A stretch of DNA of 64,000 nucleotides from Lachnospiraceae bacterium (GTDB lineage: Bacteria; Bacillota; Clostridia; Lachnospirales; Lachnospiraceae), in contig JAILRH010000187.1 in the NCBI GenBank assembly GCA_024698345.1, forward strand, positions 443 to 64,442. The letters run 5' to 3'. Positions 25,177-33,875 of the stretch are shown in pieces (position 1 is the first letter of the stretch; each line of letters starts with the position of its first letter). A program made the translations under genes and the position numbers. A model generated the notes under the pieces. The model saw only the letters and a list, made by a program, of their open reading frames with translations. It searched no databases and was not told the origin of the DNA.

Positions 25177-27288
25177 ATGCAGAAAGCAAAGAAGACTATA
25201 ATAATAACAATTTCATTATCTATGCTGCTTGTGGTTATAGTTGTTTCGCTGTTTTCTGCAATTTTATCTCCACTTTATGCGATCAAAGACTTTTTCACAG
25301 AAAACGGTACACAGTCTGTTAAGCTGGTGGGTGGAAAGAAAGAAATCGGAAGTAAAGTATTAAAGCACAAGGACTTAATCGAAAAATATGCCAATAAATA
25401 TGGGATTACGGAATATGTTCCGCTAATTGCGGCAATTATGATGCAAGAAGCTCCACCAGAGGGAGATGGTGTTAATGTAATGCAGGTAAATGCAGGTGCG
25501 TCTAGTGTAGAAGATTCTATTGATAAAGGTGTTTCAATAATTAAATCATTGATTACTGAAGCGGGGGTTACTTCGCCTACGGATATGGCTAACATATATA
25601 TTGCGGTGCAGTCTTACAACTTTGGCTCTGGTTATATTAAATATGCAAAGGAAGCAGGGGGATGGAGCAAAGAAAATGCTTTGGCATTCCAAAAATATCA
25701 ATCCGGTGGAAAAATGAGAGATAAAAGCACAGATTCCTTGTATCAGAATGCGGGACCTTATGCGTACGGAGATGCGTATTATGTTGAACATGTAATGCAG
25801 TATTATAGTGTTGATGAATCTTTGTTTGCCACGCAAAAGGTTAATTCTATAGAGAACGCAGCTTTTTCTATTGAATCAATGTACAGCTTTGTATCAAGTA
25901 ATATGGAGCTTTCTAAAGAGCAGAAAGAAAAATTCAAAAATGGTGGTATAGCATATAAGCAGTTCAAACATATCATCGATGTATATCAGGAACAGTTTGA
26001 TGGACTTTCTACGTTTACTATTGAAGCAGAGAAGTTGTATAAAATATATGATAATAAAGGAAAATTGATTGAAACAAAGGTTGTTGCTGAGCCAATGGCA
26101 GTAGGGGATAGAGAATATTTTAAAAAATATTTAGTTCCTTGGCAATATGTTTTATATATGTACTTGTCATCTGATGTGGCAGAGGTTTATAATCATGAAG
26201 ACGGTGACAGTGAAGAAGGGGATTTTCATTTTGGTTTTACAAGAAATAAATTTATTGATGATATTTATAAATCATATTCATTTATCCCATATTATGAAAC
26301 TAAAATTGAAAAAATTGTATCATCAGAGCATGGTAAGTATACATGGAGTGAATTAGGACAGCTTAACTGTGAAGAAAGCTATTATGAGGTGGCGACTCCA
26401 GAGAATGTTTTGGGAGATAAGTACAAAGATAAAAAGGTTGTTTGTACAGTTAGGACTCCTGTTTCAAAATTATCTTCTGCAGAAACAATGTATGGTGATC
26501 TATACTTTGATTACACGAGACAACCATGTATGATAACTGGTTATGATTTTGGTGAGAAAATAGAAAATATTGGTAGTAATCTTGTGACTGAGAATAATAT
26601 TGGCTATAACAGAGATTTCATGATGGTGTTTATGGAAGAGGCAAACTTTAGTGGTGCATGTCAGGATTTCATAGACCAGATTAACAAATATAGTGAGGCA
26701 GCAGGACCTATTGGAACCGGAGGAAACAGAATAGGAGCGAATGGTAGCTCTGATGGTAGCTCAAATAACTCTGATAATGGCAAAGATAGTTTTCCTGAAG
26801 GACTTAATTATACAGATGGAGAGGTTGATTTAACAGATTCGAAGTATATAACTCATGTTGAAAATGGTGTTAAAGTCTATGGACTTGAAAATATTAAACT
26901 TACTGACATAACATCTTATGCTGTTACTTGGGTAGGTTTTCCATATGTTTATGGAGCGACTGATCCAAACAGAGATGGAGCAATGGACTGTAGTGCTTTT
27001 GTTATGAAAGTTATAAAAGAAACAAGAGGGGTGCAACTAGATAGAACATCTCGAGCACAATTTGCGGATAACGTGCATTTAAAGAATGTGACCAAACCGC
27101 AGGCTGGAGATTTAGTATTTTGGAAGAAAAATGATGTTGTAAACCATGTCGGTATTTACCTTGGAAATGAAATGGTTGTTGCAGAGTCTTGGGAACCTGC
27201 GTGGCCAAGAGGTGGATGCAAGATACATCCAATGTATTATTCAAGTAATGATGGACAGGTTTTTGCTGGGTTTAAGAGATTGAAGTAA
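25177..27288 (+). CDS. bifunctional cell-wall hydrolase (lysozyme-like/transglycosylase N-domain + NlpC/P60 C-domain)
   Basis: N-terminal TM; IMMQEAPP...VMQV lysozyme-like Glu motif. C-terminal GFPYVYGATDPNRDGAMDCSAFV ... NHVGIYLG (P60 Cys/His). Confidence 0.75.
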   Translation: MQKAKKTIIITISLSMLLVVIVVSLFSAILSPLYAIKDFFTENGTQSVKLVGGKKEIGSKVLKHKDLIEKYANKYGITEYVPLIAAIMMQEAPPEGDGVNVMQVNAGASSVEDSIDKGVSIIKSLITEAGVTSPTDMANIYIAVQSYNFGSGYIKYAKEAGGWSKENALAFQKYQSGGKMRDKSTDSLYQNAGPYAYGDAYYVEHVMQYYSVDESLFATQKVNSIENAAFSIESMYSFVSSNMELSKEQKEKFKNGGIAYKQFKHIIDVYQEQFDGLSTFTIEAEKLYKIYDNKGKLIETKVVAEPMAVGDREYFKKYLVPWQYVLYMYLSSDVAEVYNHEDGDSEEGDFHFGFTRNKFIDDIYKSYSFIPYYETKIEKIVSSEHGKYTWSELGQLNCEESYYEVATPENVLGDKYKDKKVVCTVRTPVSKLSSAETMYGDLYFDYTRQPCMITGYDFGEKIENIGSNLVTENNIGYNRDFMMVFMEEANFSGACQDFIDQINKYSEAAGPIGTGGNRIGANGSSDGSSNNSDNGKDSFPEGLNYTDGEVDLTDSKYITHVENGVKVYGLENIKLTDITSYAVTWVGFPYVYGATDPNRDGAMDCSAFVMKVIKETRGVQLDRTSRAQFADNVHLKNVTKPQAGDLVFWKKNDVVNHVGIYLGNEMVVAESWEPAWPRGGCKIHPMYYSSNDGQVFAGFKRLK

Positions 27289-27306
27289 TTGGAGGTTTTT
27301 ACATTT

Positions 27307-28137
27307 ATGAGAAAAGAAAAATACGTTGCAATATCAGTAATTTTACTATTTGCAATGGGGGTTACTGCAGTTAACACAAATATGTTTTATATTGGAAAAG
27401 TTACAGCTCAGGAAATAGAAGAATCGGAAGAAGATACTTATGAGTATGGAACGTTTGACGCAAGTGTATACGAAAATTATGATCCTTCGCTCGAAGATCC
27501 AGAATATGACGGTGGAAGTGACATAGGAGTAGAAGAATATGTGGGAGACAATTTTGAGGTTGAATCTTATGGACCAGACACTCCTATTTCGGTTGAGGAA
27601 GATAATCTTAACAGTAAAGAGTATCTCTCACAGATTATAAGCGAATGTGTAGAGGCCGTTGCATATGTGAAGAACGGCAGAGAATATAGTCCTTATCTAA
27701 TGAAATATGTCGGTGGCACTGACAAGGAGATAAAGGCAGCTAGTAGTAAAGATGATATAGCAGGTCTTGATGAAAAAGGATTTGTTATGTGGGCTTTAAA
27801 AAGAGTTACGGGTAAGACATTAGATGAAGCAAAAGACCCGGTTTCATATCTAAAAAATCATCCTGAATCAGAAATAGAAGCCAAAGATGTTAGGATTGGT
27901 GATATTGTTTTTGATGATGATGGTGTTTCTATGGGGATTATAGCAGGTTTTCGTGAGAAAAGACCGGTGGTTGCTATATGTAACAACTATCCAATGAGAA
28001 ACTTTAGGGAAACAGGGTGTGTACATTTAACATTGCTTAAAAATGCAGCAGGCAATAGATGTATATATGGTACTCCAGCGATGGAGTTTGACCATATAAT
28101 AAGGCCTGATGTAGAGTGGATAGAAGAGGATATATAA
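27307..28137 (+). CDS. NlpC/P60-like protein lacking the catalytic Cys and His
   Basis: GLDEKGFVMWALKRVTG aligns with MDCSAFVMKVIKETRG (Cys->Glu). GDIVFDDDGVSMGIIAG aligns with GDLVFW..VNHVGIYLG (His->Ser). Confidence 0.5.
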   Translation: MRKEKYVAISVILLFAMGVTAVNTNMFYIGKVTAQEIEESEEDTYEYGTFDASVYENYDPSLEDPEYDGGSDIGVEEYVGDNFEVESYGPDTPISVEEDNLNSKEYLSQIISECVEAVAYVKNGREYSPYLMKYVGGTDKEIKAASSKDDIAGLDEKGFVMWALKRVTGKTLDEAKDPVSYLKNHPESEIEAKDVRIGDIVFDDDGVSMGIIAGFREKRPVVAICNNYPMRNFRETGCVHLTLLKNAAGNRCIYGTPAMEFDHIIRPDVEWIEEDI

Positions 28138-28139
28138 TT

Positions 28140-28838
28140 ATGGGAAAGAAAATAGCAAAAATAGCAGTTGTAACTTGTTTAATTTTGGTTGTTGGTGTGG
28201 TTTTTGTAATGGGGCAGATTAATAAGGCCAAGGAAAAGAAAGAAGTTAAAAACAGTAAAGAAACAGAAACAAAAATAGGCTTTGATGAGTATCCATCAGT
28301 GGAGATTAATGAGGATACAGATGGGGAATACAATGAAATTCCAGAGGTCGAATTCAGATATGAGGATTCACTAGGGGTGATTAAAAGCAGTTTAGCACAG
28401 TCTCATTATTATTATTCTGACGTTGGAGCTGCATCAGATGATTTGGCGGATCACTTGTTGTATGGTTATATGGAGTTATTAGCATCTGGAAATTACAGTG
28501 AATTGTATAATAGGACACCTATGGAAGAAGCTTATGATGAAGGAAGATATACATATTATTGTGATCAGTTAAAATTCCACGATTTTATTAATGAGTGGGA
28601 GAATGCCTATGGAGATACAGAAGGTGAATGGTATATGACGATTGACCATGTTCATGAATCTAGAGATATAACAGTGTTTGATATGACTGTTGGGAAGGTA
28701 AAAGATGATAAATATATAAATCTAAACTATTTGTCCGTTTCAGGATACTATGAAGGTGGTGAATATCATTACATCCTTGGAGATGTATGGGAAGGACGTT
28801 TGTTTGGGAATGTTCAATTGGCAAGATATATTAAATAA
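28140..28838 (+). CDS. membrane-anchored exported protein, unknown function
   Basis: ATG 28140 follows AGAGGA. N-terminal TM IAVVTCLILVVGVVFVMG, then a Tyr/Asp/Glu-rich domain. Confidence 0.5.
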   Translation: MGKKIAKIAVVTCLILVVGVVFVMGQINKAKEKKEVKNSKETETKIGFDEYPSVEINEDTDGEYNEIPEVEFRYEDSLGVIKSSLAQSHYYYSDVGAASDDLADHLLYGYMELLASGNYSELYNRTPMEEAYDEGRYTYYCDQLKFHDFINEWENAYGDTEGEWYMTIDHVHESRDITVFDMTVGKVKDDKYINLNYLSVSGYYEGGEYHYILGDVWEGRLFGNVQLARYIK

Positions 28839-28866
28839 ATAAGTAACTTATAAAATGAGTTTTATG

Positions 28867-28896
28867 TACAAATGTGACAAAATTTGTACATTTGTA
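28867..28896 (+). promoter_or_regulatory. inverted repeat (candidate operator) upstream of the 29004 operon
   Basis: TACAAATGT (28867-28875), 12 nt, ACATTTGTA (28888-28896); each arm adjoins a TGTACA palindrome. Confidence 0.35.
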
Positions 28897-29003
28897 TAGA
28901 AAATAGCAAAAAAGCAAGAATAGACATTTTAATTTTGTGAAAAATGTGTTAAAATTTCATTTAGTTTCGGAAAAAACTATAAATAAAACAGGAGGATAGA
29001 GCA

Positions 29004-31781
29004 ATGATTAGAGTTCTTTTTAGTTTTGGTGATAAAACTATAAAGGATGCGATTGAAGATGCTCTTATCCGCAAGAACGTTCAGTTTGAGAGTGTTGTTG
29101 CGGAATCCAAGCTTGAGTTTTTCAAGATAATAACTCAAAGCGAGGATATTGATTGTGCAGTTATAATGGAAGGCTGCGCAGATGAGTCTAGTTGGACGAG
29201 TAGGGAATTATCTCGATTAGCAGATGGACGAGATGTCAACATCGTTCCAATTCTTACAGAAGAGCATGAGGAAGGTAGTGATTACCTTCAAGAACTGTAC
29301 GCATCCGGTATTATGTCAGCGCTGATTGGGGGCGTTAGACCATCAGAGGTAGCGGAGATGATTGTTAATCCGCGTGAGAGGAAGGATGCGAAGAGATATT
29401 ATGGATTAAGTCCATACAGTTGCATCAATAATAAGGGGATTGAGAAAAAAAGGGTAGACAGAATGCTTGCATACATCACAGGGGTTGACGAGCCTAAGCA
29501 GATGGCAGAAAGGTTCGACGATGTGTGTTTTGAGCTTAATAGAGAGCAAATAGAATTTGTTCTTAAAAGGTGCAATGCAAATATCAAAAATGCTCTTAAA
29601 TATTCTAACATTTACACCAATCTTAACAGTAAAAAAACTAAATATAGAGATATTATTGAAGTTCCAGAATTCAAACATGAATGCTCGGAGTCTATTAATG
29701 TTGTGTACGGATTCGATAATGATGGTCTAGTCGATAAACTAGAGGAGTTGATTACCTCTAATGGAAGAACCGTTAAGAGTGATAAAAGATACACCAAAAA
29801 GGGTATCCTTAATATGCTATCTCAGGATCCAACTATTAATACCGTTATTGTGGTAGAGAACCTTGAACGTCAGGGAGCATATAAGGTTGAAGAATTAATC
29901 GACATCAAAGAAGAGTACGGAGTTAATCTTATCGTATTCTTGACGGAGGATAAGGTTGGAAGTGAGTATATCAACAAGTTGTACTGTGCCGGTATCTATA
30001 CGGCTACTCCGGGACAGAGAAGATTTGATTACATATATGACCTGGTCATTAATGGCAGGACAAGGCAACAAGCTAGAGAATGTTATGGGTTAGACTTCGG
30101 AGGCAAATGCGGAACAAAATTACCAGTTAAATACAAAAAAAGTATTGTGCAATTTTTAGAACTTAAAGATGGTGACTTTTACAACCGCGTTTCGTTCCTG
30201 TCAAGATTAATTAAAGACGAAGAAGTTAAGGACGTATTGGATTATCTTCCGGCAGAACTAAAGGAAAAAGTTGATGATACGGAAATCTTCTTATCAGAAC
30301 AAGAAAAAAAGAAAAGACACAAAAAAAGAGAAAAAGAGGCTAAAAAAACTCAAAAAAGCAAAAAGAATTCTGTAGTAGAAGAATCTGTTAGGGAAGAAGT
30401 TGTTGCAGAAGAATCTGTACATGCAGAAGAAACTCTTAAAACAGCAAAACCATTCATATCTGATTTTAAAAGTGATTCCGTTGTTGATGATAGTACAGCA
30501 GAAGATGTTGTGACAGAAAAGGTGGATATAAGTGATGGTAATGCTGCGAGCGATGAGTTCGAAGGTATTATTCTTCCAGATAGCATGAAAGATCTCATAG
30601 AAAATAACGAAAAGGCAGATGATACAGAAAAGGAATCTTCAATAAAAGAAAGCGATATTAAAGAATTAGTTACAGAGACTAATTCCAGTCCTCAAGAAGA
30701 AGCTACTAAAAATGTAACGGAAGCAGTAGAAGAGCCTATGGTTGAGGTAAAAGCGGATGATAGCTCTGATTATAAAGAAGAAAAAATTATTGCTAAACCT
30801 CAAAAGGTTCAAAGTGCAGAACCTAAACAAAATAAAAAGCCTAAAGTAAGCAAAAAAACAAAGTTAAAAGCTCCAAGTGTTGATTTGGCAAGTGTTGCGA
30901 ATAAGATTACGCATATAAATAAGAAGATTTTGATATCAAGCATAGTAGCTGTATTATTACTTGTAGTCGGTATTGGATTCTTCAGTAGACGAGCAAAGGT
31001 AGGAGAGCCTGAGAGTCTATATGCTGGTGAGAATGTTGTAATGCAGGGTGTAGGTGCTGAAGACTTGGCAGAAGGCGAAGAAGGAAGGCTTGGAGAGATT
31101 GACTTGGCAGCAGAGGAGACCACAGAAGAAGAACTGGCTGTAATTGAGTCAGTGGATATGACAGAAGAACAGACGGAAGAACTGACAGAGGAATTGACTG
31201 AGGAGCAAACTACTGAAGAAACAACTACTCAGGTAGAAACTACAAGTCGTATTAAGAAAAAGAAGAAAAAGAAAGTTGAACAAACAACTAATAATAATGA
31301 AATCTCAACCGTTGCCCCAACAACAAGAACTGAAAAGCAGACAAAGAAAAAAGAAAAAGCAACAAAGCCTAAAAAAGAAAAAACAACTAAGCCAAAAGTT
31401 GTAAACACAGTTCCTAAGCAAAGTGAAAACACAGGTGGTTTGGACAGAAGCAGTGTCAACTTAATTAAAAACACTATAATGAGTAACTTCTTAGGCTCGT
31501 ACAACGGAAACATGGAAAATCTTGCTAGATATATGGCTAATAACGGAAATTCTGATGCACAAGGATGTATTAATAGGCTATGTCAGAATACAACTTTAAA
31601 GGTCAGTGGTAATATTGCAACTGTAACTGCGAATTCGGATAATTCTGAAGATATACTTGCGGCCGCTTCGAAATTGGCTGACTCTCTAGCTGGTTCAGGA
31701 ACATATGGAGTCGGTATTTGTGTTCATGAACAGAATGGTAAGTATAAAATAACAGCAGCAATAGCTGTTCAGATGAATTAG
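29004..31781 (+). CDS. 925-aa single-pass membrane protein with two N-terminal receiver-like repeats and long K/E/T-rich low-complexity tracts
   Basis: Internal repeat IRVLFSFGDKTIKDAIEDAL...YLQELYASGIMSA versus INVVYGFDNDGLVDKLEELI...YINKLYCAGIYTA. TM ILISSIVAVLLLVVGIGFF. TEEQTEELTEELTEEQTTEETTT and KKKKKK tracts. Confidence 0.5.
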   Translation: MIRVLFSFGDKTIKDAIEDALIRKNVQFESVVAESKLEFFKIITQSEDIDCAVIMEGCADESSWTSRELSRLADGRDVNIVPILTEEHEEGSDYLQELYASGIMSALIGGVRPSEVAEMIVNPRERKDAKRYYGLSPYSCINNKGIEKKRVDRMLAYITGVDEPKQMAERFDDVCFELNREQIEFVLKRCNANIKNALKYSNIYTNLNSKKTKYRDIIEVPEFKHECSESINVVYGFDNDGLVDKLEELITSNGRTVKSDKRYTKKGILNMLSQDPTINTVIVVENLERQGAYKVEELIDIKEEYGVNLIVFLTEDKVGSEYINKLYCAGIYTATPGQRRFDYIYDLVINGRTRQQARECYGLDFGGKCGTKLPVKYKKSIVQFLELKDGDFYNRVSFLSRLIKDEEVKDVLDYLPAELKEKVDDTEIFLSEQEKKKRHKKREKEAKKTQKSKKNSVVEESVREEVVAEESVHAEETLKTAKPFISDFKSDSVVDDSTAEDVVTEKVDISDGNAASDEFEGIILPDSMKDLIENNEKADDTEKESSIKESDIKELVTETNSSPQEEATKNVTEAVEEPMVEVKADDSSDYKEEKIIAKPQKVQSAEPKQNKKPKVSKKTKLKAPSVDLASVANKITHINKKILISSIVAVLLLVVGIGFFSRRAKVGEPESLYAGENVVMQGVGAEDLAEGEEGRLGEIDLAAEETTEEELAVIESVDMTEEQTEELTEELTEEQTTEETTTQVETTSRIKKKKKKKVEQTTNNNEISTVAPTTRTEKQTKKKEKATKPKKEKTTKPKVVNTVPKQSENTGGLDRSSVNLIKNTIMSNFLGSYNGNMENLARYMANNGNSDAQGCINRLCQNTTLKVSGNIATVTANSDNSEDILAAASKLADSLAGSGTYGVGICVHEQNGKYKITAAIAVQMN

Positions 31782-31790
31782 GAGGAAATA

Positions 31791-33587
31791 ATGAAGAAAT
31801 TTATTAAAGGTACCGTATTATCAATAATGATTGGAATATTATCATTAACAGGGACAAGTATAGCAAAAGCAGAAGTAAATGTGTATTTTAATGTTGAACA
31901 AGGAATGTGTGCGTATGTAGCCCCAACAGGAACACCTCGTTGGGATAATGGTAGTATGTACCATGAGGTTTCATGGGGCGATACTGAACATGTAGGTAAA
32001 GTTACTCCAGAATTTATAACTAACAGAAATCTTCACTGTTTTGAAGGAGTAAAATTAGGTCATGTTTGCTACGAAGTAAATGAATCAGATCCGTATCAAT
32101 GTATAGTTTATTACCATATTCGAGTTCACAATCAAGCTACGGGTTTCGTATTTGATACAGACCAAACACTTTCAGATCAGTACATATATTTATATGAGGG
32201 CAGTAAAGTTACATTGAACTGCACAACGTTACCGTTCAATAAAGACGTGCAGGAAGATGGTAATATAGAACACATGAATGCAATTCAAGGTATTGTTATT
32301 ACAAATAATAAAAATAGTGAGGTTGCAACTGCTGTGGGAAGAAGACCATCATGGAGAGCACCGTCTTATTTAGATATTGATGCAAAAAAAGAAGGAGACA
32401 CAGAGTTTACAATTAATTCTGCAGGAAGTGCAGTTCCAACAGGAATTACAAAAGGTTCATATTTTAAAGGATTTACCGTTCATGTTCGAAAAAAGCCTGA
32501 GATAAATATAGAGGGAACAAAAGTTATATCTCTAAATAAAACTGTTGAAAATGCAGCTAAAGCATCTATTACATGTAGTGGCACACCAATATGTACATGG
32601 ACTTCATCTAATACAGATATTCTTGAGGTAGTTGGAAGTGGTGAAAATGCTAAATTCATATCAAAAGGAAAAGAAGGCAAGGTAAAAATCACCTGTACAG
32701 TAAAAGATGAAGTTGCATTATATAATCCTTCAGTAAAACCAGTTAGCAAAACTATTGAGGTAGAAGTAAAAAATGCAAATATTGAATTGTCTGGTATAAG
32801 GAATGGTGACACATTCATATTCCCTAAAGACAGAAATACTGTTGAAATACCAGTAAGCGAAGTGGAAGGAAGCACAATTAACTGGACCTCTTCGCTTGAT
32901 AATGTTGCGAACGTTGACTTTGTAAACGGTAAATTGGTATTAACCAAAAAAGGTGTCGGTACTACCGAAATAGTTGGTATATCTAGCACCGGAAATATTT
33001 ATAAATTCAAGGTACATGTCGAATTTGTTCCTGAAACTCCAAAAATTACGAACGTTAAAGCTTCATACGGAACAGTTGTTTTCAATTTCGAGGGAACTTT
33101 ATACGACTGTTATGAGTTGGAGTGTGGTACAAGCTCAAATGATTTTAAACTGGTAGCAAGTACAAAGAATAAGTTTGCTAGTATAAATTTAGATTCTGGA
33201 ACTTATTTTGCAAGGATAAGATCATGTAAAGAAATCGAGAATAAGAATGTTTATAGCAATTATTCAGAAATCGTGACTTTTACAGTTAGTAAAGATGGAG
33301 ATGTAGTAGTTGTAAACGGAGTTGGTAAGACAAAGATTGTAAAAGCAAAAAGAATAGGTAAGAAAGTCACTTTAAAGCTCAAAAAAGTTAAAAATGCTAA
33401 AGGATACCAAATTAAATACTCTTTCTCAAAAAAATTCAAGAAATCAAAAAAAGTATTTGTTAAGAAAGCAAATTCTAAAATCAAGATCAAGAAAGCGAAA
33501 AAAGTATTTATTAGGGCAAGAGCTTATAAAGTTATAAACGGAAAAAAGAAGTATGGTAAGTGGTCTAAGGTAAAAATAGCTAAATAA
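31791..33587 (+). CDS. secreted Ig-like (Big_2-type) repeat protein with C-terminal Lys-rich FN3-like module
   Basis: Signal peptide; repeated beta-rich modules. C-terminal KGYQIKYSFSKKFKKSKK...FIRARAYKVINGKKKYGKWSKVKIAK. Confidence 0.6.
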   Translation: MKKFIKGTVLSIMIGILSLTGTSIAKAEVNVYFNVEQGMCAYVAPTGTPRWDNGSMYHEVSWGDTEHVGKVTPEFITNRNLHCFEGVKLGHVCYEVNESDPYQCIVYYHIRVHNQATGFVFDTDQTLSDQYIYLYEGSKVTLNCTTLPFNKDVQEDGNIEHMNAIQGIVITNNKNSEVATAVGRRPSWRAPSYLDIDAKKEGDTEFTINSAGSAVPTGITKGSYFKGFTVHVRKKPEINIEGTKVISLNKTVENAAKASITCSGTPICTWTSSNTDILEVVGSGENAKFISKGKEGKVKITCTVKDEVALYNPSVKPVSKTIEVEVKNANIELSGIRNGDTFIFPKDRNTVEIPVSEVEGSTINWTSSLDNVANVDFVNGKLVLTKKGVGTTEIVGISSTGNIYKFKVHVEFVPETPKITNVKASYGTVVFNFEGTLYDCYELECGTSSNDFKLVASTKNKFASINLDSGTYFARIRSCKEIENKNVYSNYSEIVTFTVSKDGDVVVVNGVGKTKIVKAKRIGKKVTLKLKKVKNAKGYQIKYSFSKKFKKSKKVFVKKANSKIKIKKAKKVFIRARAYKVINGKKKYGKWSKVKIAK

Positions 33588-33875
33588 GAGAGGCTTTATA
33601 ATCAAAAAGAATATTTTTGAAAAATAGAAGTGTTTAAGGTGGATGGATTAAAGAAATTAGGCTTTCGGATATATAATACTTGCAAAAAAATCAAGAAAGC
33701 TAAGAAAAAATATTCAGGAAGACTACTGGTACTTTTAAATATTTGCGTCAAAGAAAACTTAATATTTAAAAGTTATGTACAAAAAACAATAAGAGTAGTC
33801 AATGGAGTAAAGTTAAAAAGACTGTGATTAAATAAGAAATATTCACAAGTTTTATAAAAACAGGAGGTTATTATT

